Below, piece by piece: positions 39,637 through 51,476 of a stretch of 64,000 nt of DNA; positions within the stretch are counted from its first letter, which is position 1, and every line of letters starts with the position of its first letter. Origin of the DNA: Gammaproteobacteria bacterium (GTDB lineage: Bacteria; Pseudomonadota; Gammaproteobacteria; SZUA-229); the NCBI GenBank assembly GCA_030148865.1, contig JASBSR010000040.1:141145-205144 (forward strand), in the 5' to 3' direction. A program made the translations under genes and the position numbers. Under the pieces are notes generated by a model that was not told the origin of the DNA, ran no database searches, and saw only the letters and a list, made by a program, of their open reading frames with translations.

Positions 39637-40338
39637 TTAGCTCCGTAGGGTTTGCGCCAGATACTGTTCAACGGCTTCCGGCAGCAAATAGTGAATGCTC
39701 TGCCCTTCCCGAACCTGCTGGCGTATGGCACTGGAAGAAATCTCCAGCAAGGTTGTCGATTGTAACAGGATTTTGCCGGCCACGGCTGTGCGCAGCTCAT
39801 CGGCGTGCTGTGCGTGACAGGCAGCCAGCCCCGCCAGAACTGGATTCTGCGGCCAGTCGAAACCCGGTCGCGTGGTCACCACCAGATGGCAGTACTGCAA
39901 AATCTCCTGCCAGCGGTGCCATGCTGCCAGCCCGGCGAACGCATCCATGCCCACTATCAGGCAGAGCGTAGTCCCGGGGTACTCGGCGCGCAGGGATATC
40001 AGGGTATCGATGGTGTAAGACGGGCCGTCGCGATCGAGTTCGCGCGTATCCAGGACAAAACCCGGGGTATCGGCGAGTGCAATTTCGAGCAGCGCTTGGC
40101 GGGTCTCGACCGGCAACCACGGAACTTCACGGTGCGGCGGAATATGGTTCGGGATAAAGCGCAGCTGCTCCAGTGCCAGCGCCTGCATCACTTCCAGCGC
40201 CGGGCGCAAATGTCCATAGTGCACGGGATCGAAAGTACCGCCGAGAATTCCGATCACGGAAGTAGCAATGAAATATGAGACGTAAAAAGCGAACAAAGAA
40301 AAACATTTGGTCCGCCAATGAACGCCAATAAACGCCAA
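39637..40338 (-). CDS. nadD: nicotinate-nucleotide adenylyltransferase (start codon probably downstream of annotated ORF start, near 40257)
   Basis: IGILGGTFDPVHYGHL (HxGH motif) and ISSSAIRQ. The first ~27 codons of the ORF overlap repeat copy B and are probably not translated. Confidence 0.85.
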   Translation of the reverse strand: MAFIGVHWRTKCFSLFAFYVSYFIATSVIGILGGTFDPVHYGHLRPALEVMQALALEQLRFIPNHIPPHREVPWLPVETRQALLEIALADTPGFVLDTRELDRDGPSYTIDTLISLRAEYPGTTLCLIVGMDAFAGLAAWHRWQEILQYCHLVVTTRPGFDWPQNPVLAGLAACHAQHADELRTAVAGKILLQSTTLLEISSSAIRQQVREGQSIHYLLPEAVEQYLAQTLRS

Positions 40339-40419
40339 TGTTTTGTTTGTGTGCCTGCGGTGCCCTGCACTCGTATATTCTTTTGCTTATATTCGCGTTC
40401 ATTGGCGTTCATTGGCGGA
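40311..40419. repeat. palindromic intergenic repeat element, copy B
   Basis: TCCGCCAATGAACGCCAATAAACGCCAATG ... GC-rich core ... ATTCGCGTTCATTGGCGTTCATTGGCGGA. Arms are reverse complements and share the (A)ATGAACGC/ATAAACGC blocks with copy A. Lies between proA and nadD. Confidence 0.65.
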
Positions 40420-40472
40420 TTCATATTTTTATTTTTTACCGGTACATCAATGCATAGTTAAACAAACACTGT

Positions 40473-41756
40473 TCACTTTCTAATCTGCCCATCGCCGAGC
40501 ACAATGTATTTCTGCGAAGTCAAACCTTCCAGTCCCACCGGACCGCGAGCGTGCAGTTTGTCGGTGCTGATACCGATTTCGGCACCAAGCCCGTACTCAA
40601 AACCGTCGGCAAAACGGGTCGAGGCATTCACCATCACCGAGCTGGAATCCACTTCGCGCAAAAACCGGCGCGCGTGGCTATAGTTTTCGGTGATGATGGA
40701 CTCGGTGTGCTGTGAACTGTGTACCGCAATGTGGTCGATTGCGTCGTCAAGCCCATCGACCACACGAATCGACAAAATCGGTGCCAGGTATTCGGTATCC
40801 CAGTCTTCTGCAGTCGCCGATTTAATTCCACTGACAATTGCCTGAGTACGCTCACAACCGCGCAGCTCGACACCTTTGTCCTGATACTGTTTGCACAGAT
40901 CAGGCAACACCTGAGCTGCAACCTTTTGCGCGACCAGCAGGGTTTCCAGAGTATTGCAGGTACCGTAACGCTGGGTCTTGGCGTTGAAGGCAACACGAAT
41001 CGCTTTATCGAGATCCGCATCGGCATCGATATACACATGACAGATTCCGTCGAGGTGTTTGATCACTGGTACTTTAGATTCATTGGCAATGCGCTCGATC
41101 AGACCCTTGCCCCCACGCGGAATAATCACGTCGATGATGTTTTGCATGCGCAGCATTTCGCCCACGGCAGCGCGATCGGTGGTGGCAACCACCTGCACAA
41201 CTTCGCCCGGCAGGCCGGCGCTGGCCAGAGCGCGTTGAATGCAGGCGGCAATCGCCTGGTTGGAGTGGCTGGCCTCCGAGCCACCACGCAGAATCACCGC
41301 GTTGCCCGCCTTCAGACACAGACCTGCGGCGTCGGCTGTAACATTCGGCCGCGACTCATAAATGATGCCAATCACCCCCAGCGGCACACGCATCTTGCCC
41401 ACCTGAATCCCCGAGGGACGATAGGCCATATCGGTGATCACACCGATCGGATCTTCCAGCACGGCGATCTGACGCAGGCCTTCTGCCATCGCGCTGATGC
41501 GCGCATCCGTGAGTTCGAGGCGATCCAGCAAAGCCGCATCCAGACCTTTCTCGCGCCCGGCCTGCAGATCCAGAGTATTGGCCTGTTGCAGCTGCTCAGC
41601 TTCCGCCAGCAGCAGGTCAGCGATCGCAAACAGCGCCTGATTTTTTTGCCCGGTGTCGGCACGACTGATGACCCGCGCCGCCGCCAGTGCATTCACACCC
41701 AGCTGTTGCATATAGTCTTTGACGTTAATTTTCAGTACTTCGGCTTTGGCAGTCAT
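40473..41756 (-). CDS. proA: glutamate-5-semialdehyde dehydrogenase (gamma-glutamyl phosphate reductase)
   Basis: 427 aa. Aldehyde dehydrogenase fold with the ProA-specific motifs (IYESRPNVT, catalytic Cys region). Confidence 0.9.
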   Translation of the reverse strand: MTAKAEVLKINVKDYMQQLGVNALAAARVISRADTGQKNQALFAIADLLLAEAEQLQQANTLDLQAGREKGLDAALLDRLELTDARISAMAEGLRQIAVLEDPIGVITDMAYRPSGIQVGKMRVPLGVIGIIYESRPNVTADAAGLCLKAGNAVILRGGSEASHSNQAIAACIQRALASAGLPGEVVQVVATTDRAAVGEMLRMQNIIDVIIPRGGKGLIERIANESKVPVIKHLDGICHVYIDADADLDKAIRVAFNAKTQRYGTCNTLETLLVAQKVAAQVLPDLCKQYQDKGVELRGCERTQAIVSGIKSATAEDWDTEYLAPILSIRVVDGLDDAIDHIAVHSSQHTESIITENYSHARRFLREVDSSSVMVNASTRFADGFEYGLGAEIGISTDKLHARGPVGLEGLTSQKYIVLGDGQIRK

Positions 41757-41924
41757 TGCAGGTTGGTCACACTATTAATTCAATACAGGATACAAGATTA
41801 TATCGAATCAGGCTCGATTTTGATCGATATTTGGCAATCGCCGTTTTCATCGCAGGTCGTAACCACTGAACCAAAAAAAGCGGCTCCCTCAGGAGCCGCT
41901 TTTTGATAACTGCTGCTGGCAAAT

Positions 41925-42581
41925 TTAGCGACGTCGCGCAACAGCCATCAGACCCAGAAAACCGCTGCCAAATAACCAGAGCGCGGCAGGCACAGGCACG
42001 ACAGTATTTGCCATGTACTGGAATTCTTTTGCACTGCCACCAGCCCCGGTCGTTGCCTGACCACGCAGACCCACCATCACCCAGTCAGCAAGGCCGAGAC
42101 CCAAATCAGCAATCTGAAAACTGCCAGTACCGCCGCCACTCAGATCATTGTCATTTTTCCAGGCGATGCCAACATCAAATAAGTGACCGGCGAACGCGCC
42201 AGCATCCGAACCCAGCTGAATATTAGAATTACAGCCCTTTGCCCCAGAAACATGATTGGTATTAAAACCCTGGCCACAGCTGGCCGGAGCCGAGATATCG
42301 ACCAGACCCAGGTTGCCAGCATGGTAGGGACTGTTGTCTGCGACAAAGGGGTCGGCTACATCGAAAAAGAAGCCCGTGAACTTGGCTGTAGTGTAAACGC
42401 TTAACGGATTAACCTGGTAACTAATGGTGAATACACCCGCAGTGTCATCGGATACTGTGACAATATAATCAACATCATCAGAGCCCAGATGACTGAAATT
42501 GGAAAATGTGATCGCTGCAGCATGCACAGTCGGAGTCATAGCCAGCAGAACCAGTAGGCTAAAAATGTTTTTGTAGTGCAT
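41925..42581 (-). CDS. PEP-CTERM sorting-domain protein (exosortase substrate), secreted
   Basis: 218 aa. Signal peptide; C-terminus VPVPAALWLFGSGFLGLMAVARRR is a PEP-CTERM motif (VPxP + TM helix + Arg cluster). Confidence 0.8.
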   Translation of the reverse strand: MHYKNIFSLLVLLAMTPTVHAAAITFSNFSHLGSDDVDYIVTVSDDTAGVFTISYQVNPLSVYTTAKFTGFFFDVADPFVADNSPYHAGNLGLVDISAPASCGQGFNTNHVSGAKGCNSNIQLGSDAGAFAGHLFDVGIAWKNDNDLSGGGTGSFQIADLGLGLADWVMVGLRGQATTGAGGSAKEFQYMANTVVPVPAALWLFGSGFLGLMAVARRR

Positions 42582-42630
42582 TTAGTGCTCCAGAAACCTT
42601 GTTTTAACAATTAATTGCTTATCACATGAG

Positions 42631-42645
42631 GCAATATGCAAGCCA
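42631..42645 (-). promoter_or_regulatory. sigma-54 (RpoN) -24/-12 promoter for PEP-CTERM gene 41925-42581
   Basis: Minus strand TGGCTT-GCATA-TTGCC. TGGC and TTGC are spaced exactly as in the consensus TGGCAC-N5-TTGCW. The element is 50-64 nt upstream of the ATG. Confidence 0.6.
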
Positions 42646-43101
42646 ACTTTAAAAACTCATTAAAATACATGCCTTTAGAACACGATAAAAAACCATCTCC
42701 GTTATATCGAAGAAGAATTAATTAAAATATTATAAAAAGTGTATGAATTATCGACAAATATTTATATCAATAAGCATAAATAACAAAAAATCTGCGCAAT
42801 TCAGACAGGTAATCGAGCTCAAATGCTTATCAAAAATAAGCTAAGTAATTGATATTTTATATAGTAGATTAACTTCGGCCAGCACGCATAATGTAAAAAA
42901 ATAAATATTTTCATGTAGTTATGACTTAAAATAAAAAGTGTAATTAATATCGACAATTTTAAGCGGTTCAGTCACGCCTGCCACTACTGCAAGAGGGCAT
43001 CCCTGTGCAATTAAAAACTCCAGGCACCAGCACGGCTGCACGAGTCATTCTGGTTTCATAAGATATTTTGCGAGTCAAAAAAAAACGACCCTGAAAGGTC
43101 G

Positions 43102-43806
43102 TTATTTTAAGCATCTGGCGCCCGGCGACGCGTGTTTTCGCCGGACAACGCCTATCAGACCCAACAGACCTGAGCCGAACAACCAGAGCGCGGCAGGAAC
43201 CGGTACCGCAGAAACATACTGGCCATCATGGCTGAAGGGTGCAAATGCAGTCACAATGTTTTTGTCCTTGACGGCATTATAATCAGCGGTGAACAGATCA
43301 ATGTGTATTCCAGAAACATTGAGCGAGGAAATATCGACGGTAATCGTTTCCCAGTAGCCCAGGCCGGTGCCACTATCACCTGGCTGAGTATTGCCAATCG
43401 CGGTCTGGGTGCCATCGAAACCCACCTGATAAATTTCTGACCAGGTATCATAAATACCGTGTGGTGCCAGGCTGTTGGGGTCTTCAAACGGCGGCGTACC
43501 GTAACCCGAGCTGGTCATCGCCAGCGTGCCAACATCATCGGACACAGTCACGTTAAATTCGTCAGTGGTGACCATCGGCACAGCCGCGAGCACAATATAA
43601 GCTGTCAGACCGGTCTGCCCCGTGGTGTAAACATTAAATGAGAAGCTGGAAGCGCCGTCAAACATCCAGGTCTGGGTGCCAGTATCATAGATCGCAGCAG
43701 TATCAGATGGATCGGGACCAATCTGCAATATGGGTAGCGCGTGCGCGAGAGGCACCATTAACGCACTGAGCAGGACTGCTATCCGTAAAAAAGGTTTGAT
43801 ATCCAT
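43102..43806 (-). CDS. PEP-CTERM sorting-domain protein (exosortase substrate), secreted
   Basis: Start at M32 of ORF 43102-43899 (GGAG RBS 7 nt upstream; gives signal peptide MDIKPFLRIAVLLSALMVPLAHA). C-terminus VPVPAALWLFGSGLLGLIGVVRRK. Confidence 0.8.
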   Translation of the reverse strand: MDIKPFLRIAVLLSALMVPLAHALPILQIGPDPSDTAAIYDTGTQTWMFDGASSFSFNVYTTGQTGLTAYIVLAAVPMVTTDEFNVTVSDDVGTLAMTSSGYGTPPFEDPNSLAPHGIYDTWSEIYQVGFDGTQTAIGNTQPGDSGTGLGYWETITVDISSLNVSGIHIDLFTADYNAVKDKNIVTAFAPFSHDGQYVSAVPVPAALWLFGSGLLGLIGVVRRKHASPGARCLK

Positions 43807-43868
43807 TTTGAACTCCATATTTATATCATTTGCCCGCTGCATAACGGCACAACAGTGATTAGACCAGC

Positions 43869-43884
43869 TGCAAATCCCAGGCCA
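43869..43884 (-). promoter_or_regulatory. sigma-54 (RpoN) -24/-12 promoter for PEP-CTERM gene 43102-43806
   Basis: Minus strand TGGCCT-GGGAT-TTGCA, a perfect fit to the GG-N10-GC spacing and the TTGCA -12 element. Lies between the two candidate ATGs, supporting the downstream (43806) start. Confidence 0.65.
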
Positions 43885-44219
43885 GGAATTAGTCAACACT
43901 TGTAATTACAGATAGTTAGCTGGATTACCATATAGCCATCTGTCCGGCTGGTGGCTGACGCAGCTGTGACTCATGGTGAAAACTTAAAAATATGTCATTA
44001 TTTCCGACAAAATATCATGCGCTATCACCAGCCTGGGATCGTTACCATTTTAAATTCAATAACTTGGAAAAAGCACTATGCAGGCAAGATTGTTATGAGG
44101 ATGCCAGTCGTTCACAAACATCACCATTATTTAACGATTAACACCTTAATTAACAATAGGTTATCTATTAATACCCGAGCGTAAAATATACTGACACACC
44201 ATACCAGCACTCCGCGACC

Positions 44220-45227
44220 TCAGCGTCGCCGCGTGCTGCCCGCGAGTGCAAAACCCAGACCGCGCAGCTCATCCTGAACATTGGCCTGCGCCACACCTTT
44301 GATCGCCTGGTCGATTAGCGCACAGCGCCTGAGCATTCGGTGCAATGCTGGTGCATGATGACGCTGCAAACAGGCCTTAAACAGGCCAACGCGATTCGCC
44401 CAGACACCGGCGCGCTTCAGGGTATAGTCGGCAGCACCCGGCTCAGCCGCCAGCTGCACGAGCAGACGAATATCTTTCGCCAGCGCCCAGTTGGTAATGA
44501 TGGGCTCAACGCCTTCAGCAGCAAGCCCCTGCAACACGCGCAGCACCCGGGCGCGATCCCCCTGTAAGGCGGTATCGACCAGCTCGAATACATTAAAACG
44601 TGAATTTTCGGTGATCGCTTCGCGGACATGGTCAAAACTGACCTTGCCCGGACCCAGCATCAGATACAACTTATCGATTTCCTGTGCCGCCGCCAGCAAA
44701 TTGCCTTCGACGTGCTGGCAGACAAAATCCACGACTTCCCGATCCGGCTGCATATTGGTGGCGATAAAACGCTGCTGTACCCAGGCCGGGAGACGATCCA
44801 GCGTCACCGGCCAGCAGGCAAGCAAGGCACCCGCTTTATCAATGGCCTTATACCAGGCGGCAAGCTTGCTGGCAGCATCCAGCTTGCCGCTGGTGATTAA
44901 CAATATGGTGTCCTCGGCCGGGCGCTCGAGATACTGCTTCAGCACCTGACTGCCTTCGCGCCCGGGCTTGCCGGTGGGCATGCGCAGATCCAGAATTCGC
45001 CGCGAGGAAAATAGCGACATGGTGGCGGCCACATCACTGAAACGCTGCCAGTCGAAATGGCGATCGACGTCCAGCACTTCACGTTCCAGATACTCCTGCT
45101 CGCGGCACGCGGCACGAATCCGGTCACCCGCTTCCATCATCTGCAGCGGCTCGTCACCGCTGACCAGATAAACCGGCAGCAAAGACTTGCTCAGAGCGGC
45201 GCTTAACTGGTCGGGGCGAAGTTGCAT
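44220..45227 (-). CDS. holA: DNA polymerase III delta subunit
   Basis: 335 aa. LPVYLVSGDEPLQ... Position after lptE as in E. coli. Confidence 0.85.
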   Translation of the reverse strand: MQLRPDQLSAALSKSLLPVYLVSGDEPLQMMEAGDRIRAACREQEYLEREVLDVDRHFDWQRFSDVAATMSLFSSRRILDLRMPTGKPGREGSQVLKQYLERPAEDTILLITSGKLDAASKLAAWYKAIDKAGALLACWPVTLDRLPAWVQQRFIATNMQPDREVVDFVCQHVEGNLLAAAQEIDKLYLMLGPGKVSFDHVREAITENSRFNVFELVDTALQGDRARVLRVLQGLAAEGVEPIITNWALAKDIRLLVQLAAEPGAADYTLKRAGVWANRVGLFKACLQRHHAPALHRMLRRCALIDQAIKGVAQANVQDELRGLGFALAGSTRRR

Positions 45228-45717
45228 CAGGGAGTCAGTGGCCTGGTAGTTGCCTGCAATTGCTGCAAAATCAGACGCGCTGCCTCGGTTTGCATATCGC
45301 GATACAAAGTTTGCTGTTCGTGGCTATTGGCCAGCACATTTTCAGGATCAAATGCCAGTTCACGACGCAGCTTGACCACCTTATCCACATCGACGTGCCT
45401 GCTTTTGAGCCTGTATACCACCGCATAATTGAGTTCGTACTCGCGTGCGCGACCGAGTGAATCGACCGAGAGCACACGGCGGGTTTGTTTTTGACTGACA
45501 ATTTTCAGACTGCTGGCAGCTTGCTCAGCAGAATCGGCGAGCGCGGCTTTATTTTCCGCCAGTAAAATCGACAACTGATTCACCAGCGCATCATCGCCGG
45601 CAGCGTATAAATACAGCGGCTGCAATTGCGCCGGCAACTCGACCGTGCCGCGCAACTGAAAACCACAGGCCGAAACACTCAGCAGAAAAGTGAGATAAAT
45701 AACAATACGATACATCA

Positions 45718-45718
<1 letters not shown>
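45227..45718 (-). CDS. lptE: LPS-assembly lipoprotein LptE
   Basis: 163 aa. Lipobox LSVSACG. Located between leuS and holA. Confidence 0.85.
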
Positions 45719-48186
<2,468 letters not shown>

Positions 48187-48354
48187 TTAAGCCAGCTACA
48201 GTTCGTCGGGTATCAGCAACAATGACGATTTTTCTGGTCTATAAAATTGATGAAAACTTGATTCAGTACAGCTTGTTGAGCGCCAGAGAAGGATACACTA
48301 GCGTTGAGCGTAATGAAACTATTCAGCCTGAGACAACGCTATTTAAGGAGTGAC

Positions 48355-48891
48355 ATGAACCAGATTACCCCCAAATCCCGCAGTCATTTAATCAACGCCT
48401 ATAACCAGATGATGCAGACGATACGGACTGCATTTGATGCCAGCGAAAGCGTCGAGATGAGCTTACAAAAAGCTCTCGATATGGCCAAACAACAGGCCAT
48501 TCATCTCGGTGAAATCACTGTCGAAGAAGCACACGAAGTCAGCGAATTCGTCAAACGTGATATCAATGACGCCGCCGAATATATGCTGGAAACCAGTTCG
48601 GATCTTGGCGACTGGTTAATGCTGGACATCGAAGTGCTGGAACGCAAAGTCATTGATATGTTTCTTTCAGTCGCCGATCGCACACGAATCGAACTCGAAG
48701 CACTGAAACAGCATAATCGTGAAGTCAGTTTATATTACAGCGGTGAAATTACCGGCCCCGGAACGCTAAAATGCACCCAGTGCGGCAAGTGCATCCCATT
48801 TTTAACTACAAGCCATATCGAAGTCTGCAAGGTCTGCGGCAATAACAGCTTTCAACGCGCCGAAAAACATAAAGACTGTAAAGGGCAGTAA
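48355..48891 (+). CDS. YbeL-like DUF1451 protein with C-terminal zinc ribbon
   Basis: Start at M18 (AAGGAG RBS). C-terminus YYSGEITGPGTLKCTQCGKCIPF...VCKVCGNNSFQR aligns with E. coli YbeL YHSGEVVGLGNLVCEKCHFHLPI...LCPKCGHDQFQRR. Confidence 0.7.
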   Translation: MNQITPKSRSHLINAYNQMMQTIRTAFDASESVEMSLQKALDMAKQQAIHLGEITVEEAHEVSEFVKRDINDAAEYMLETSSDLGDWLMLDIEVLERKVIDMFLSVADRTRIELEALKQHNREVSLYYSGEITGPGTLKCTQCGKCIPFLTTSHIEVCKVCGNNSFQRAEKHKDCKGQ

Positions 48892-49105
48892 GCTGACACA
48901 ACCGTGACTTCATTCTGAGCTGCTGTTATGAAGGCCTGTCAGCTTTCAGGCGTTAGCGCAGGTAGATACTTCTTCGCAAATAACACGAATCTCGCAAATG
49001 GCTGGTCACTCTGCTTTTAGCTTTGCGTATTTTGCGGCAGATGTTTTGCTTTTTAATGTAAACCTGCTGCCGTCCTGAGTTGCTGTGGTGAAGAATCTTA
49101 ACTGG

Positions 49106-50599
49106 CTACTGTCTGGCAAAAGGTTTCGCCGCCCAGATCAGACTGGCAAGACCGAACAAAACTATAAAACTGTCGCCCCACCAGACATAAGGTGTCACAC
49201 CCGTCATGGGCTGCGCCTGGGCGCGTAATACATAGCTGGCAAATTGTGGTGCAAGCGCAATAACTTCGCCGTGATTATCGATCACCGCACTGACTCCGGT
49301 ATTGGTGGCACGCAACATATAACGCCCACTTTCCAGGGCGCGCATGCGTGCAATCGCGTGATGTTGATGGGGCTCGTGCGAATTTTCAAACCAGGCGTCG
49401 TTACTCACGTTTACCAGTAAAGTCGCTTCGGGTAGATCGTGGCGCACATCGCGTGAAAATGCGTCTTCAAAACAAATGCTCAATCCCAGCGGTTGCCCAG
49501 CTGCCCGTAACAGTGGCTGTTTCTCGGCGCCCGCTTCTATATCAGACATCGGGATATCCACCCAACGTTTAAAAAAGCTGATTAAAAAGCGTAGTGGAAT
49601 GTATTCTCCGAGCGGCACCAGATGACGTTTGTGATAAACGCCGCCATTCACACTTTGTACCGAATTAAAATAACGCCGGGTTTCCGGGTTTCTAACAAAA
49701 AGACCCAGTAGTATATCATTACCCTTTTCTTGTGTGCTGCTCTGCAAGGCCTGCAGATAAGATGAGACTCGATGTTTAAAATCCGGTACCGCGGTTTCCG
49801 GCCAGATAATCAAATCGCTGTCTGCCGCCTGTCGACTGAGATCACGATACAACGCCAGTGTGTGATCGCGATATTCCGGACGCCACTTTATCGCCTGCGC
49901 GATATTGCCCTGCACCAGCGCCACTGAAATCGGCTCACCACTCGCGCGGGTCCAGTCCACATGCCTGAGCGCAAAACCCGACAACCAGAGCAGCACCAAC
50001 AGACTCAGCACACCGAGCCTGTGGGCAGGACTGCGCTGGCGATAATTTGTGACCAGAGATAACAATGCACCAGCGCTCGTCATTACCAGCATACTGACAC
50101 CGTGGGCACCAAAAACAGGCGCAAAACCTGCTAATGGATAATCAATCTGGCTATACGCGGCCTGCATCCAGGCAAACCCCGTCATTACATAGCCCTGCAA
50201 CCACTCTGTCACCGCCCAGGCCACTGGAAATAACCACAGCATTTTTATCGTACTATTCGTTTTGCAAAACCGCGCCACCACATAGGCTGCCAGCGCCGGA
50301 TACAATGCCAGATACATCGACAGCAATACAATCATCAAACCCGCCAATAATGCCGGCGTACCACCATGATAATGCAGACTAACATATATCCAGCTAACGC
50401 CTGCACACTGCAAACCAAAACCGAATAACCAGGCGTGGATCAAAGCAGTTTTGGGACTGGCATCACGCCATTGCCACTGTAACCAGGTGAAGCCGAGTAG
50501 TAGTAGCCAGGCCTGATCATACGGTGCGAACGCCAGTACCATAGTAGCGCCAGACACTGCACTAATCAGGTATTTCCAGAAGGGTGGTAATGGTTTCAT
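49106..50599 (-). CDS. lnt: apolipoprotein N-acyltransferase
   Basis: 497 aa. N-terminal 6-7 TM domain plus C-terminal nitrilase-like domain. Confidence 0.9.
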   Translation of the reverse strand: MKPLPPFWKYLISAVSGATMVLAFAPYDQAWLLLLGFTWLQWQWRDASPKTALIHAWLFGFGLQCAGVSWIYVSLHYHGGTPALLAGLMIVLLSMYLALYPALAAYVVARFCKTNSTIKMLWLFPVAWAVTEWLQGYVMTGFAWMQAAYSQIDYPLAGFAPVFGAHGVSMLVMTSAGALLSLVTNYRQRSPAHRLGVLSLLVLLWLSGFALRHVDWTRASGEPISVALVQGNIAQAIKWRPEYRDHTLALYRDLSRQAADSDLIIWPETAVPDFKHRVSSYLQALQSSTQEKGNDILLGLFVRNPETRRYFNSVQSVNGGVYHKRHLVPLGEYIPLRFLISFFKRWVDIPMSDIEAGAEKQPLLRAAGQPLGLSICFEDAFSRDVRHDLPEATLLVNVSNDAWFENSHEPHQHHAIARMRALESGRYMLRATNTGVSAVIDNHGEVIALAPQFASYVLRAQAQPMTGVTPYVWWGDSFIVLFGLASLIWAAKPFARQ

Positions 50600-50621
50600 C
50601 GAGGGCAGCGAAACGAATTAA

Positions 50622-51476
50622 TCAGGCATCGTTTTCGGGCTCTGACGTTTTCGGCATCAGCGTAAGTTGCAAATTATTAATGCGGCGAGAGTTAGCACTA
50701 ATTATTTTGAACAAAAAGTTTTCGATCGCAACTTCTTCGCCGCGTTCAGGAAGATGCCCCAGTGCGTGCGTGACTAACCCAGCAATAGTATCGAACTGAT
50801 CATCGCTAAATTTAGTCTCAAAGAAGGTATTAAATTCCGGGATTGGCGTTAAACCGCGCACGGTATAGCGATGGTAGCCATGCCGGCGAATATTAATCAC
50901 GTCCGCAGCATCGTGCTCGTCATCGATGTCACCGACAATCTGTTCGAGTACATCCTCAATTGTTACCAGTCCGGATATACCGCCGTATTCATCCACCACC
51001 ATCGCCATATGATAGCGTGAGGTACGAAAGTCTTTCAGCAACACATTCAGACGCTTGCTTTCCGGCACAAATACCGCTGGGCGCAGGACATCTTTAATAT
51101 CAAATTTCTCACTACTGTTTTCATCTGCGTAGGGAATCAGATCCTTTGCTAACAGCACGCCGATAACATCATCAAGATCATCGTCGGTTACCGGAAAACG
51201 CGAATGCCCAGAATTTACAATTACGGGCTGCATTTCCTTAACACTGCTGTCACCGCTGATCACTACCATATGTGAACGCGGCACCATAATGTCGCGTACC
51301 CGCAATTCGGATACCTGGAACACGCCCTCAATCATCGCCAGCGCATCTGTATCGAGTACGCCTTTTTCCTGCGCCTCACGTAATTCATTTAACAAGTGCG
51401 CACGCTCATCGCGCTCGCCGGAAAAAATATCTAATAACCTGGAAAACCAGGAGACATGTTTGTGTTTGAGTTTCAT
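50622..51476 (-). CDS. corC: Mg2+/Co2+ efflux-associated CBS-domain protein CorC (YbeX)
   Basis: 284 aa. Tandem CBS domains plus CorC_HlyC C-terminal domain. Near-collinear with E. coli CorC (RVRDIMVPRS..., SRFPV, RYHMAMVVDEYGG). Confidence 0.9.
   Translation of the reverse strand: MKLKHKHVSWFSRLLDIFSGERDERAHLLNELREAQEKGVLDTDALAMIEGVFQVSELRVRDIMVPRSHMVVISGDSSVKEMQPVIVNSGHSRFPVTDDDLDDVIGVLLAKDLIPYADENSSEKFDIKDVLRPAVFVPESKRLNVLLKDFRTSRYHMAMVVDEYGGISGLVTIEDVLEQIVGDIDDEHDAADVINIRRHGYHRYTVRGLTPIPEFNTFFETKFSDDQFDTIAGLVTHALGHLPERGEEVAIENFLFKIISANSRRINNLQLTLMPKTSEPENDA

Noticed and set aside
40719-41906. 395-aa plus-strand ORF
   Set aside because: Lies entirely antisense to the well-supported proA gene. 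No protein family resemblance and Arg/Gln/His-rich low-complexity composition typical of a mirror-frame artefact in GC-rich coding DNA.
43951-44184. 77-aa ORF between PEP-CTERM promoter region and holA
   Set aside because: His/Lys-rich low-complexity translation of AT-rich DNA, no RBS, not conserved-looking.
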